Below, in pieces: positions 1 to 12,914 of a stretch of DNA of 64,000 nt. Where the stretch lies: assembly GCA_025594325.1 (NCBI GenBank), contig JANHCV010000011.1, positions 1,054,001 to 1,118,000 on the forward strand. Reading direction: 5' to 3'. How positions within the stretch are numbered: position 1 is the stretch's first letter; every line of letters begins with the position of its first letter. The notes beneath the pieces are model-generated. The model was not told where the DNA came from, ran no database searches, and saw nothing but the letters and a program-made list of their open reading frames with translations. Source of the stretch: Blastocladiella emersonii ATCC 22665. Its lineage: Eukaryota; Fungi; Blastocladiomycota. The translations under genes and the position numbers were made by a program.

Positions 1-1345
1 GACGCCCTGGCCCTCCTGGTACATGGACGCGATCTGCCGCATCGCCTCGGCGTCGCCCTGCCCCGCCGCCTGCAGGTAGTACTGGATCGCCTTGCCGAAA
101 TCCTGCTCGATGCCCTCGACGCCCTGGTGGTACAGCTGGCCCAGCAGGCACTGCGCGTCGCTGTCCTTGAGCGCCGCCGCGCGCTCGTGGAACTCGAGCG
201 CCTTGGCCACGTCCTTGTCGCCCGTCGCCTCGCCCGAAAAGTACAGGTACCCGAGCGTGTTGAGCGCCGTCGTGTGGCCCTTGTCGCCGGCCTTGGTCAG
301 CCACTCGATGGCCTTGGCCAGGTCCGCGTCGACGCCGTCGCCATGCTGGTACACCTGCGACAGCATGAACATGGCCTCGTCGTCGCCGAGCGCCGCCGCC
401 TGCTCCCACAGGGCAATCGCCTTGTCGACGTCCTGCTCGACGCCCGTCACGCCCTCGTGGTACATGGCGCCGAGCCCGACGAGCCCGTCTGTCGACTTGT
501 ACTCGTGGAAGGCGCGCTCGTACAGGGCCTTGGCCTGGGCGCCGTCCTCGGCGCACCCGACGCCCGCAATGTGCATCTGCGCCAGCACGCACAGCGCCGA
601 CGCGTTGCCCTTGTCGGCGGCCGCGCTGTACCAGCGGTACGCCTGGTCAAAGTCCTGCTCAATGTCGGACCCGTCCTGGTACAGGAACCCGCACATGCAC
701 GCCGCCTCGGAGCTGCCCAGCTCGGCCGCCTTGGTGAACATGGCCAGCGCCTTCTCGCCCGACTCCTCGCCAAACTCGCCGTCCATGTACGAGTTGCCCA
801 GCCAGAACAGCGCGTGCCGGTCGCCCGACTCGCCCGCCGCCTCGATCCCCGCCTCGCGCGCCTGCGCGAACCACTCGCGCGCCGTCTCGGCGTTCTGCTC
901 CACACCGTCACCTACACCGACACCCAGTCGCGTCAGCCACACGAACATGAAACCTCGCTCATCTCCGCGGAAAGACGCACCCTCGAGGTACAGGTACGCA
1001 ATCGCGGCGGCCGCGTTGGCCACCTTGCCCTGGTCGTACGCCCTCTTGTACAGCTCGTACGCCTTGGCGTAGTCGACCTCGACGCCGTACCCGTGGTCGT
1101 ACATGTGGCCGAGCAGGTAGTGCGCCTCCGCCGCCGTGTCGAGCGCCGACGCCGCCCGGTACGCCTCGAACGCCTTGTCGTGGTCAATCACCTGCCCGTG
1201 GTCGCCAAAGTAGTGGACGTTGCCCTGCTGCAGGAGAGTCGTGGCTACGCGGGTGCATGCGCGGCGAGGTCAGCGACCTCGTTCTCGCGCGATGGCGGTG
1301 ATGGAGACGCTGATGCATGGGCTGTGTACCGTCGGCGGCGGTCAT
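1..1345 (-). CDS. Sel1-like repeat (SLR) protein, runs off the left edge of the window
   Basis: Manual translation gives MTAAD|ATTLLQQGNVHYFG followed by many SLR units (AHYLLGHMYDHGYGVEVDYAKAYELYKRA; AMFMLSQVYQHGDGVDADLAKAIEWLTKAGDKG). Introns at about 1240-1329 and about 912-980 (GTACAC/GTGCGT...TAG). Confidence 0.9.
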
Positions 1346-3142
1346 GGTGGATGCGTTCAAGTTGCGCTTCTTGCGTTGCGTCCGTTCAACGAAGAGCGCG
1401 AAGAGAGGAGCGAAGACAAAAGGGTGGCGGCCGCGGCGGCAGGGCGTGTCTCGCAGAGGTGGCTCAAACTCTCTGCACTGCAGGACTTCATTTCTCGCCC
1501 AGCAACGGACCACGTGCCATCGGCTGACGCGCGTCAACGGATCAACGGCGAGCGCCACGCGGCCAACTCCATGACGCGACGCGTCGCGGTTGCGTGAGAG
1601 GAATGGGAATGGAACTCGATGCAACCATGAATACATCATCGTTCAGTGTGATATGGTGTTCTTTCCTGTGACATCGAAAGCGCCGCGTTTTCCGCCGCGA
1701 GGCGACGCTGCCACGCGCTCAGTCGCTCGCCCGCGCGTGGAAGCGACGAGTTGACGACGCTCTCGTGTTAGTTCTCCACGGCAGACTGTGCTGCGGAAGC
1801 TTAGAGCGGAGCACGACGAGTCATCGCGCTTGCCCTCACCGGAGTCGTTGCTTGTCCCCAGCTTGGCCAGGTCCAGCCTGAAACGGGGCGCGTTCACCGG
1901 AAGAATTCCTCGCGTGACAATTTTTACATCATCCTCTCGGTTCGCCTAGACTCGGCTTTGTTGGCCGTGATCTCCGGTCTGTGAGCGCAGCCGCGACCAT
2001 CATGAACACGCTACACGCGCGGCACGCTCCCCCGCCGTCCGAGTCCCGCCGTGAGCACGACCATCGATCTGAGTTGGGGTTGTCGTGCGCCTCTGTCGAA
2101 CACGGCTGCGTAACCTCACAGCGCGACGACGACGACTTTGTCCTCGGCGCTGTGAGGTTCAGCACCCCCGGGCGGCCACCAGAGTGACGGCCGTCACCCC
2201 CCGCGTTGTCTCCGCGCTTGCTGCGTGTTCTCGCTCAAACGCAGCGCGCTCGCGCACGGATATACACCCAGATAAGCGACACGACACGACGCGACGCGCC
2301 CGCGCCAAAAGTCGCAGCGCCCGTCAAGCCCCGCGACGCGAGTCACGGCGCGTGAGGATTTTTTTGGCGACAGATGATCGCCGACCCCGCGGATTGGGCG
2401 GGGCCTGGTTCATCGCTCGTAAGCGACGAATCTCATCGTCCAGCATGGCCTCGTGCCCTCGAGGGAAATTTGATGCATGAGGTGATGCCGACCGAATCCC
2501 CAACCCACCCTGCAGCTGCGAGCACGAGGTCAGCGCGGACCCGCCCGCGCGCGTTTGCTGCAGGACGCCTGCCGGATCGCGCGTGTTGCTCGACGCAAGC
2601 GTACGCAACAGCTGGCCGTGGTCGCCGCGGTTTGCTCCGCCTGAAGCGCGCAGCTGGTGGGCACCGAGCATCCCGATCGACGAGTCATCGCGGGAAACGT
2701 GCACGTGGGGATTTTCGAGAGTTTGTAACAAAACGAGCGGCAGGGGCCAATCAGCGTGGCCGAAAAAGATCAGCCAGGCGCTGGTTCGCGGCGGAAAATC
2801 CCCGAGTCATGGGTCGCTGCTGTGCGCTAAGCCACATCGCGCTGCTCAATATGGGCTCAACCACCCCGAGCAAGCCCGCGCCGTGTTCTCAGCTCACATC
2901 TCCGACTCAACAGGGCGCCCTGGGCCCCTCGGCGCGGCGTTGTTGGCCCGGCCCCCTACAAAACTGGCCCACGTCCCCGGCCCTCCCTCCTCTGCTCCGC
3001 CAGCGTCGCACTTCATCCTCTAGCAGCCTTGCACCCTCTGCCCCTCGCCTTGGCTGCGCGCCCCTACACCCGTCGTCGCCGCCGGTCCTCCCTCTCCCAC
3101 CTTCCTACACTCTCGACGCAACACACCCGACCAGCAGCAACC

Positions 3143-4740
3143 ATGTCGAAGCCTGTCAAGACGGACAGCTCCTCGGACATTGAGGCCAACGACATTGGCA
3201 AGACCATGGGTCTGTGGGGCGGAACCTCGCTCATCGTCGGGTACGGATCACTCACACTTCACGTCTCGCGGCCAGCGCGCACACGGCGGGGACTCGCCTG
3301 CGGCCGATCGGCGGGCGTCCCGCGTGTTGCGCTGCGCGCAAGCTTCCCACCGTCTCGCCGATCCGTGATCTAACGACCCAACCTTCCCCCGTCTACAGGT
3401 GTATCATCGGCACCGGCGTCTTCTCGAACGGCGGCAAGATCCTGGCGCTCGTCGGGTCGCCCGGCATGGCCATGCTCATGTGGCTGTTCGGCGCGCTCAT
3501 CTCGTTCGCGGGCGGTCTGTCGTACACGGAGTGGGGTCTGCTCGTGCCCGAGTCGGGCGGCGACATGCCGTACCTCGAGTACGTGTACAAGAAGCCCAAG
3601 CAGTTCTTCAGCTTCCTGTACTCGTGGGCGCGCGTGCTGCTCGTGCACACGGGGTACTCGGCCGCGCTCTCGACCGTCGTCGGCATCTACCTGCTGTACG
3701 CGTTCCCGCTCGGACCCTCGGCCAAGCCGTACGAGGAGTGGATCACCAAGGGCATCGCCGTCGCGTGCATGACCACGGTCTTTGCGCTCACGGCCTTCTC
3801 GAACCGCGTCGCCACGCAGACCACGTCCGTCATCACCATGGTCAAGATCCTCATCGTCTTCTTCGTCGTCATCTCCGGCATCCTGCTCGCCTTCGGCACC
3901 TTCCCGAACGTCAAGCGCCCGAGCAACTTCTCGGCCGGCAACCTGTTCGCCGGCACCTCGACCAGCCCGTCCGACTACGCGTCGGCCTTCTTCAAGGTGG
4001 CCTTCTGCTACGACGGCTGGAGCATGCTGGCCTCGGCCGCCGGAGAGCTCAAGGACCCGCGCCGCAACATCCCGCGCGCCATCATCGGCGGCGTGACCAT
4101 CGTGTCGTCGCTGTACCTGGCCGCCAACTGGGCCTACTTCCTCGCTCTCCCGGCGTCGGAGATCAAGACGAGCTCGGCCGTCCTGGCCGCCGAGTTCGCG
4201 TCGCGCCTGTACGGCGACTTTTTCGGGCGCAAGATCATGGCGCTGCTCATCCTGCTGTCGGCGTACGGGTCGTGCCTGGCCATCACGTTCGGCGCGTCGC
4301 GCGTGGCCCAGGAGGCGGCCCGCCGCCACTTCCTGCCCATGAGCGCGCAGCTCGCGGCGCTGCACCCGACCTTCGGCACGCCGTTCAACGCGCTCGTGTT
4401 CCACTACCTCCTGTCGCTGCTGCTGATCGTGGCGCCGCCCGGCGGCGACACCTTCTTCTTCCTCATCGACGCGACCGCGTGGCCCGTGTGGGTCCTGTAC
4501 ACGATCACGCTGGTCGGCCTGCTGATCGTGCGGTTCCGCGAGCCCAACAAGGAGCGCCAGTTCAAGGTGTGGATCGTGTGCCCGCTGCTCGTCATCTTCA
4601 CGGGCATGTTCATCTCGGTCCTGCCCTTCTTCCAGGGCGGCCAGGCGACGATGGCCGCCCTCGTCGGCCTCATCTGCCTCCTCCTCGCCGTCCCCGCCTA
4701 CTACGTCCTCGTGTACCGCCGCCTCAAGTCCTCGTTCTAA
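3143..4740 (+). CDS. APC-superfamily amino acid permease (LAT/MUP1-like)
   Basis: MSKPVKTD...GLWGGTSLIVG|CIIGTGVFSNG (TM1 GTG motif), FCYDGW (TM6), ELKDPRRNIPRAI, about 12 hydrophobic segments; one intron at about 3241-3399. Confidence 0.93.
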
Positions 4741-5259
4741 AGCGATTGGGTGCTATGTTGTGTTGTGAATTCGCGGCCCCATCGTTGATCGATCGAGGGA
4801 CTCGTGTTTGGTCCTTAAGAAACCGTGCGTGTGTTGTACATATACATTTGTCCTTGCTTCTTTCGAATCTCTCTCGTGTGTCAGTCTGCTCAGCGCCGCG
4901 AAGTTGGCCATGGCCATGGCCATGGCAACGCGCTAAGCGAGAGACCTGACCACCGCAGCGAAGCGTTCGACTGCGTGACAACGCAGGCTTGGCCGACGAC
5001 GAGTTGTCGAAGGACATGATACTGCTCCCTTCCGGCCGGATCCGTACCCGCACTCAGGCTTCGCCGACGTTGGTGAGGCCCTCAGCGATGAAGATATTGG
5101 TCGGCACGGGCGGGTCCGTGGCCACCCAGGCGATGCAGCTGACCGCGTTCGAGTCAGGCATATGGCGAGAGCGGTCAAGTCTCGTTCCTCCACGGACACT
5201 ATTCGATGGGACACACAAGTCTGTCAAATACGTTTGTTATTCAGATAGTATCACAGTCG

Positions 5260-7190
5260 TCACAAAGCTGTTACTGGATCGGCCGGCGGGATTGGTGCCT
5301 TGATGTGCTTGGTCGAGATGAGCATCGACTCGAGCTCCTTGGCCAGCGTGCAGACCACCGCGACGGCCTCGGTCGCTCCTGCTGGATCCGCTCGCCGAAG
5401 CCTGCGCGCGGCGCTCCGCTCTGCAACCGAGCTTGCCGCCGCCGTCGCCGCAACAGGAGCACTCGATGACGGCGGCGGCGCGCCCTGCAGCGCGTGGACC
5501 ATGGCAATCGACGACATGAGCTTGTGCTTGGCGAGCTCGGGCAGGCCGAGCGGCTGGCGCAGCAGGTCCTCGAGGAGCAGCGGGAACGCCGCGGCCGTCG
5601 GCGCGTCCGTCCCGAGCTCCTCGTCGGCGGGGATCCAGCCACCCGCTTTGGCAAGCGCGTCGATGGCAGCGAGCGCCGCGCGCCGCGCGTCCGGGTCCGC
5701 CGACGTCGACTGCTGCATGCGCAGGGCGAGCGAGTGGATGATGCGTATCGCGAGCGACACGACGCGGAGCCGCATCTGCGTCGCGCGGCGAAAGCAGCAG
5801 CTTGGCGAGGAGGCCGAGGCCGAGTGCAGCCGGCTCGCCGTGTCGTGCAGGACCGCGACGATGCGCGCGGCGATTCCGTCGACGGCCATCCAGTGCCACG
5901 ACACGGCCACGGGAAAGTGCGCGGCGAGACAAGAGTAGACCTCGAGCACGGCGACGTGCGTCGCGGCAATCCCAAACTCGCGCTCCGCGTCGTCGGCCGC
6001 CTGCTCGCGACCGCCAATGTCCGCGCCCGGCGCGACGACGGGCGACTCGCGCGGGGGGTCGACGCGCAGGAGCTTGCCGAGGAACGGGACGAGGGACCGG
6101 CGGTGCGCGAGCGACGCGATCGTCTGCGGCGTCTGGACCAGGAGCACCATCCAGCGCGCGAGCGCAGCGTGGACGGCGTGGGACCAGTCGCGGTCCTTGG
6201 CGAGGTACTCGATCTCGTTGCGCTGCCAGAACGGGCCCGCGACGCGCGCGACGAGCGACAGGTGCTTGCGCGAGGCGCGGGCAATCGACTCGATGACGGC
6301 AAACAGGCGGCACACGGCGCGGTACCACGGCTCGAGGCGGTTGCGTGGCGGCGGTGACGGGGCAGTGCTTGTGGCCGTCCCCTCGGCCAAGCTGGGCGGG
6401 CTACTCGTCGCGGCCGCGGGATTGTCGCCGTAAAGGAGCCGGTTGACGTGCGCTGCGCATGCGCAAATGGCCTCGTGAAGCACGCTGATGATGTGGCGCG
6501 GATCGCTCGTGGCGTAGTCCAGGATCGTGTCGAGCAGGCTGGCGAGGAGACCCCGCGCCCGTAGCGAGTCTGTGAGCCACCGCAAGAGCCGCGCGGTGCC
6601 GACGAGAAGATCGGGAAGCGTGGGCGAGCCAATTGCAGCCTGGGCGCCGAGAAGCGTGCTGAGGAACACGGACGTGGCGCAGAGCGCGTCCGCATCGCCG
6701 CGAGTGGCATGGATGAACATGGTGTCGCGGACGCTGGCGGAGATGCAGGACAGCGAGCAGCGGCAACGTCGCGAAGGGCAATCAGGATGGGTTCTGGAGG
6801 AGCGGCAGGCGCGGACGGAAGCGACTCGTTGATGGCTTGCACAGCGGCACTGGCCGCCGAAGGTGGGCGATCCGTCGTGCTTGAGGAAGGAGGTGCGAGA
6901 AGCTCGGGCGCGACCGGAGCGACAGGGACGGCATTGGATGCGGGAAGCGGAGCCGGCGGCATCGAGTCGACATCCACGTCCATTGCCGAGGAAGCCGACG
7001 CAGAAGGATGCACAGGTACGGGACCGTCGGATCCAGGTGGACGCGACGCTGCGAGCTGCGTCAACCACGGGACCGGTGGCGGCAAATCACGGCGCGCGAG
7101 CCCGCTCGCACCAGGCCAAGCACCGCGAGCGTGAGACTCCGAAAAGGGCGGCGGCGACTGCGGAACCCTGCTGCCCACAACCGGCGACAT
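5260..7190 (-). CDS. Hypothetical helical (ARM/HEAT-like) protein; 5' structure uncertain
   Basis: The frame of ORF 5260..7068 gives a plausible amphipathic helical protein from about 6740 downward (LLDTILDYATSDPRHIISVLHEAICAC...). The Pro/Ala-rich N-terminus appears to be in the frame of ORF 5271..7190, with an unresolved frame change near 6750-6780. Confidence 0.55.
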
Positions 7191-7737
7191 TTGCGACTGA
7201 GTCGTGTGCTGCGAGTAGGCGACGCGGCCGGCACGCCACGCCTGCTGGCGCGAGTCTCCTCGTCCTGTTCTTGAGCCAACTTATGCCCTAAGGATGGCGT
7301 GGGGCGTCTCCAGGTCGCATACGTTTCGATTGCGTTTCGTTGCGCAGCTCAACAGGATGCGAGAAGCCGGCGAGCGACCGTCCAAGTCCCATGCTCCACG
7401 CTCTGCTCCTGGGCTAACTTTCGCACAAAAACCGACGCAGATCTACGCGTCGACAGACTATTCTGACCATTAAACGCGTCCAGAATGACATGTTTGTGAT
7501 GCTGCGCTATCCAGCAGTAATGCAGTCCATGGGGTTAGGCTGCATAGCAGCCTGAGGCCCACGCGGTCGTGGCTGCGGCGCACCGTGCGGCGCGCGTTCC
7601 TCCTGTTGGTTGGGCGTCGCCACCCGCTTGCACATCTTCTTCTCTCCTCTCTCTCCCTCCCGTCCAAGCAGTCCGCCAAGGTGGCATTCGCCCTCCCTAA
7701 TTGCAACGCATCAACGACTTTGCACCCACCTGATACC

Positions 7738-9409
7738 ATGCTCGACCTGTCCCGGCGAAACACGGTCCGCCTCATGGTGGCGGCCGTGTTCCTGCTCGCG
7801 CTCGCGGGCCTGCTGCCAAACTACTCGGACAGCACCGCCATCGAGGTCGTTATGCCGAGCGGTAGCGGCAGCAGCAGTAGCAGCGGCTCCTCCTCCTCGC
7901 GGCCCGCCACCGGCGCCAGCGGGAGTACGTCGCGCCCGTCGGTCGTCGACGGCGACAAGCCCTCCTCCGGCCACCACGACGCCCCCGCCGCCGTCGTCGA
8001 CCCGGCGTCCCAGCCCGACCCACGCTTCGACAAGCTCGCCTTCGCGTTCCACTCGGGCAAGGACGTGGTCGACGCGCGGTTCCCGCTGCAGCACCGCACC
8101 TTCCTGCGCGCCGTGCGCAACTATGTGCTCGTCGGCGACGCCAACATCCCCAACGTCGCGGGCACCGGCGTGTCGATGGTCGATGTCGTTCACGGCACCT
8201 ACGAGGCGGCGCTCGCGGCGCTCGACGCGGCCAAGAACAAGACGAGTACGGCGACTGTGTCAGCAACGCCGCCGCCAAAGTCCAACCCCGTGTCCGTCGA
8301 CCAGGCGGCCGACGTGGACGGCGTCGTCAAGCTCGCCAAGCGCCGCATCGAGGATACCGACGGGTGGAAGAACGACGCGCACAAATTCCTCCCGGCCGTG
8401 CGCACCGTCTACGAGAAGTTCCCGGACGCCGAGTGGTACGCTTTCTTCCTCGCCCGCGTTCACTCAAACGCGAGGTCTCACACCCTCTTCCCCCCGCATC
8501 AGGTTCATGATTGGCGACGACGACGTGTACGTGTACGTCGACAACCTGCTGCAGGGCGTGAGCCGGCTCAACGCCAACGAGATCCACTACATTGGGTCGG
8601 GCAACCTGTTTGTCGGGTGCGACGGGGTCGAGAAGTTTGGCGAGGGCCCCGTGTTCGCGCACGGCGGGTCCGGGATCATCATGTCGCGGGGCGCCGTGCT
8701 CAAGGCGTTGACCAAGCTCGACACGTGCATCGTCAAGTACCACGGGTGCTGGGCGGGCGACATCCGCGTGGCGCTGTGCATGCGCGACGTCGGCATCACC
8801 ATCACCAACCCGCTCGGCGGCCTCAACCAGGTCGTCCCGAACAGCGAGCAGTACACGTACCCGACCGACCCGTGCCACCGGCCCATCACCTTCCACCACC
8901 TCAAGGCACCGCACTTTGACCGCCTGTACAAGGCCGAGCAGCGCGCGCGCTCCCTCGTCCCGCCCGCGCTCTGGGACAGCGTCACCCCGACCGCCAACCC
9001 GTACCTGTACCACACGCTCGGCAACGCGACCAAGCCGTCCAAGGCGCGCGTCGGCAAGGTGCGCGTCGAGCTTTCGGCGCGCACGTCGCCGCACTACGCG
9101 CCCGTCCGCATCGCCGACGTCTGGGCCGAGTTCATCGAGGCCAACCAGCACGGCGAGAAGGTCGAGGCTGTCGGCGTGGCGCGGCCCGGCGGCCAGTTCC
9201 TCGAGTTCGGCATCGACCCGCTCACCAACCTCGCCGCGTGCCGCGAACGGTGCCTCGGCGACGAGCGGTGCCGCGCGTGGGAACTCGATGTTGCGAACAA
9301 GCGGTGCCGCCTCATGGACGAGGTCCACCACACTGAGACCAACGACCGCGGCATGTTCCTCTCCGGCATCGTTACGGGACGCTACGAGTGCTTTGCACGC
9401 GACCTGTGA
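7738..9409 (+). CDS. Type II membrane glycosyltransferase family 31 (Fringe/C1GALT-like) with C-terminal PAN/apple-like Cys module
   Basis: N-terminal signal anchor (LMVAAVFLLALAGLL) and Ser-rich stem. The splice PDAEW|FMIGDDDVYVYVDNL gives the GT31 DDD motif (intron about 8435-8501). FAHGGSGIIMS and AGDIRVALC follow. C-terminal ACRERCLGDERCRAWE...CRL resembles a PAN/apple module. Confidence 0.85.
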
Positions 9410-9489
9410 GGTGACGGTTTGTGACTTTTTGCGTCGATTGCTGTCTGTACACTACATTATCCCTAGCGTGTGAACCACCACCACCCCCT

Positions 9490-9575
9490 TGACTCGATAG
9501 CGACCCGCGCCCGTGAATCATGCATGACTCGCGCCCGTGAACCATGACTCGCGCTCGCGGGCCATGAGTCGCGCG
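9490..9575 (+). promoter_or_regulatory. Short tandem repeat array containing four TGA(C/G)TC bZIP-like sites upstream of the vWA gene
   Basis: GACYCGCGCCCGTGAAYCAT twice (9502-9521, 9526-9545) plus partial copies; TGACTC at about 9490, 9525 and 9545, TGAGTC at about 9565. Confidence 0.4.
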
Positions 9576-9785
9576 CTCATTCGCGAGAGCTGGTCCTCGG
9601 CCAGGCACCGCGTCGAAACCGCGTCAGCGGTGGGAGCGCGTCGCAATCGAGTCAACCAGCTCGCGTCGATCACCTCGCACATCAAACCGTGCGGCGCCGC
9701 CACTACGCCCTCAAATACCGCGCGCTGCCCCCGATTTCGACGAGACCAACAGCTCGATTCAACAGCAACGTAACGCATCAACACC

Positions 9786-12524
9786 ATGGTCGCCCCCGCC
9801 ACTACCCCCGCTGCCGCCCCCAAGGAGATCGTCCTCTTCGCCGTCGACGACTCGGGCTCGACGGGCCACGCGTCGGCCTACTGGACGCGCGTCGGCGAGC
9901 GGTTCAACGCGTACAAGGAGGAGCACGGCGAGATGCTGCACGTGCTGCGCTGGGACATGACTGTACGTTTCTACGCGTACGCGAGCACTTGGACGAACAC
10001 GGCTGACCCACACCCCCAAAATCAATAGGAGGTCGAGACGACGCACGCGCAGCTCGACGACAACATCCGGCGCATGAACTCGCGCGGCGGGACCGACCCG
10101 ACGTGCGTGGCGCGGTACATCTCGCGCCACCGCGACCGGTTCGCCGTGACCAAGCTGTGCATCATCACGGACGGCCAGATCGACCCGGGAAGCGTGCAGC
10201 GGTGCGACCGCGAGCTGGCCGCGATCCCGGGCGGCGTGCCTGACGTCGAGGCGTGCCTGTTCGGCAACTACTCGGTGGACCTGTCGGTCGTCGCGCCGTT
10301 CGCGCGCTCGGCCAACTTCGTGATCCGCCACAACGACGCGGTGCTCGCCGAGGGCTGCGCGTGCGTCGCCGTCGAGGACTCGGACCTGCTCGAGGGGATC
10401 CGCACCCCGCAGGACCTCTTCGACGCGTACGAGGCCCTGCATCAGCTCGTCGTCGTCCAGAACCTCGGCCGCGCTAACCCGCGCCTGCGCGACGAGCTTA
10501 TCAAGCTGCAGAAGCGGCTCCTCGATGTGATTGCGCGCGAAAACGCGCGCAAGATCGCTGAGGCCGAGCCCGCTACGGCGGCCGCGGCGGGAGCGGCGAC
10601 AGCGCACCCGCACCCGATCCTCGACCCGCTGCGCGACGGCGATTTCGCGGCCGCCGTGACCGCGACGCGTGACCTGCTGTACGGCATCGCCGAGACGGCC
10701 GACGACGCCAAGAAGGTCGGCGACTGCATCACCAAGCTCGTCCAGGCGTGCACCGTCGCGTCGTTCCGCCTCGACACGCTCCAGTCGCACCGCGCCACGC
10801 GCGCTGCGCTCGCCACGGTCCCCGAGAGCGAGGTGCCGACCACGGACGTCGACCCCGATGCCGGCGCGGGTAACTCGCGGTTCGAGTGCCCGATCATGCT
10901 CGACGACGACGCGACGCCCGTCCTGCTGATCGCCGAGCACGCGTCGGGCGACGGGAGCGCGCTCGGCGTGCTCGAGGGCGCCGACACGGCGGTGATTGAC
11001 GACGTGACCGACTGCCCGCTGAACCTGCTCAAGTACCCGGCACTGGTCGACCGGCTCGTCGACCGGATCGACCACGCAATCGGCGCCGCGGCGTTCACGG
11101 GCATCTACCACGAGGCGACGGCGGGCGGCGCGTACCGGTGGTCGGACGTGGTGTCGCCGTTCACGCGTCGCCCGCTGGTCGGGTGCATCCCGCTCGGCAC
11201 GGCCGCGCAGCACGTCAAGCTCGGGACGTGGGTCGTGCGGCAGCTCGCGACGCGCGGCGTGCAGCTCGGCAACGCGCACCTGTGGCTCGCGACCGTGTAC
11301 CTCGCGATCCGCGCGCGCGTCCCGCGGCTCGCCGAGAATGACGCGTTCATGCGCGCGTTCCGCGCCCACCTCGTGTACCGCTTCGAGCACCCGAACTACG
11401 CGACCAACATCGCGCTGTCGGGGCTCCCCGGGTACCCGATGCTCAAGGCGCCCGTCGCCGCGGCGCTCTGGTACTCGCTGACGGGCGCGACGCAGATCTT
11501 TGCCACGGACGCCGAGCAGTTTGCGCAGGAGCGCCTGCGCCAGTGGTTCCCGATCGCCGCGCATCTCCGCCACCTCGTCGAGGACGTGCTGCAGTACCCC
11601 GTCGTGCCGCCGACGGACCCCGCGGAGGCGGCGGGTCCGGTCGCGGGCCTCGACGTGCTCGACGAGCGCGTCCGCGTGCTGCGAGTGTTTGGGTACCTCA
11701 TGTCGCGCAAGCAGGACCTCGCGGGGCTCAAGCTCGATATTGCGCGGCTGTACCAGAGCCACCTCGTGATCCCGTACGACGCTGACGATGTCGACATGAT
11801 CCACTACGACGGCGGCGAGCGCGACGCGGTTGCCGCGGCCAAGGCGGAGGAGACGCCAGCCCCGCTCGTCGTCCTCGTCGACGGCCCCGCGACGCCCGCG
11901 CAGATCGCCGCGTCGCCCGCCGCGTGGCTCCTCGACATCCTCCCGCTGCCGCGCATCATGGGCCTGCTCAAGCTCGTGGACGCGGGCAAGAAGGTCGGCA
12001 GCATCCTCCTCGACCCCGCCACCCTCCGCCGCGGCGCCGCCCCGCCGACAGCCGTGACGCTGTACGGGTACACGGTGCCGGTCGCCGAGACGGGCGGCCC
12101 GACGCCCATCTGCCCCGCAACCCTACGTCCGTGGACCGTCGACTACCGCGACGCGGCGGCGGGTGAGCACTGGACCGACCGCGCGGCGCGCGTCCACGGT
12201 GCGCCCGTCGCCGAGCAGCTCTCGGCGTACAACATGTTCCTCGAGTTCGTGATCGCGCGCGCCGCGTACCCGAAGAGTATCGCGGAGCTCGTCGCGTTCT
12301 ACGCGCAGCGCCAGGCCGGCCGGCTCGCGGGCGCGAAGGTGACGCTGCCCAAGGAGGTCGATGCCATGGCCCGCGAGGTCATCCAGTCGTACAAGACGGC
12401 GTTCAAGGCGCGCGGCGGGGTCCCGGCGCCCGCCGAGTTTGTCAAGATCATTGAGGCCAGCCGCCCGCGCGACGTGCGCGCTGAGATCGAGGCGGCGGCG
12501 CGGGTTACGGCCAGCGCAGTGTAA
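9786..12524 (+). CDS. N-terminal vWA (MIDAS) domain orphan protein, about 890 aa
   Basis: IVLFAVDDSGST (DxSxS), GGTDP and LCIITDGQID complete a MIDAS; intron 9963-10028 joins the short and long ORFs. Later motifs: FECPIMLD, DCPLNL, SPFTRR, ICPATLRPW. Confidence 0.8.
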
Positions 12525-12914
12525 ATAAGTGCTTGATTGAGATCGTGTGAATACAAGAGCTCCATGATTTAAAGCATTTTGTGCGAGAGAACGAGGAACG
12601 CGTCGCGTCGTCGAGTCGCGCCGAGGTTTGATCCGACCTCTGATCCTCAGCCACCTGCGCCCTGAAGCATGTGTCGACTCTCCCTGAAACTCGCATCGCC
12701 AGCCGCGGCGCTTCCGTTGCCGACCAGCCGTGCACGCGCGGCAGCTTGCACGGCGCTATTAATATTTCCGCAGCCCGCGACGGTGAGGAGGAGAGTCTTG
12801 GCCGTGACCGCGACCGTCATGCTCGAGGGCGAAGCGTCGGCCTTCGCTCTCTCGATACCCATCGACCAAGCAGATCACTAGACGCTGGCGTAACTAGACC
12901 TCCAACCAGCCATC

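Noticed and set aside
92-1527. Long plus-strand ORFs (326 and 466 aa) and many similar antisense ORFs throughout
   Set aside because: Shadow ORFs of GC3-rich genes on the opposite strand or frame; Arg/Ala-rich with no family motifs.
4907-4925. (CATGGC)n and (GACGC)n short repeats here and at about 19430, 2283 and 35205
   Set aside because: Ordinary microsatellites in GC-rich DNA.
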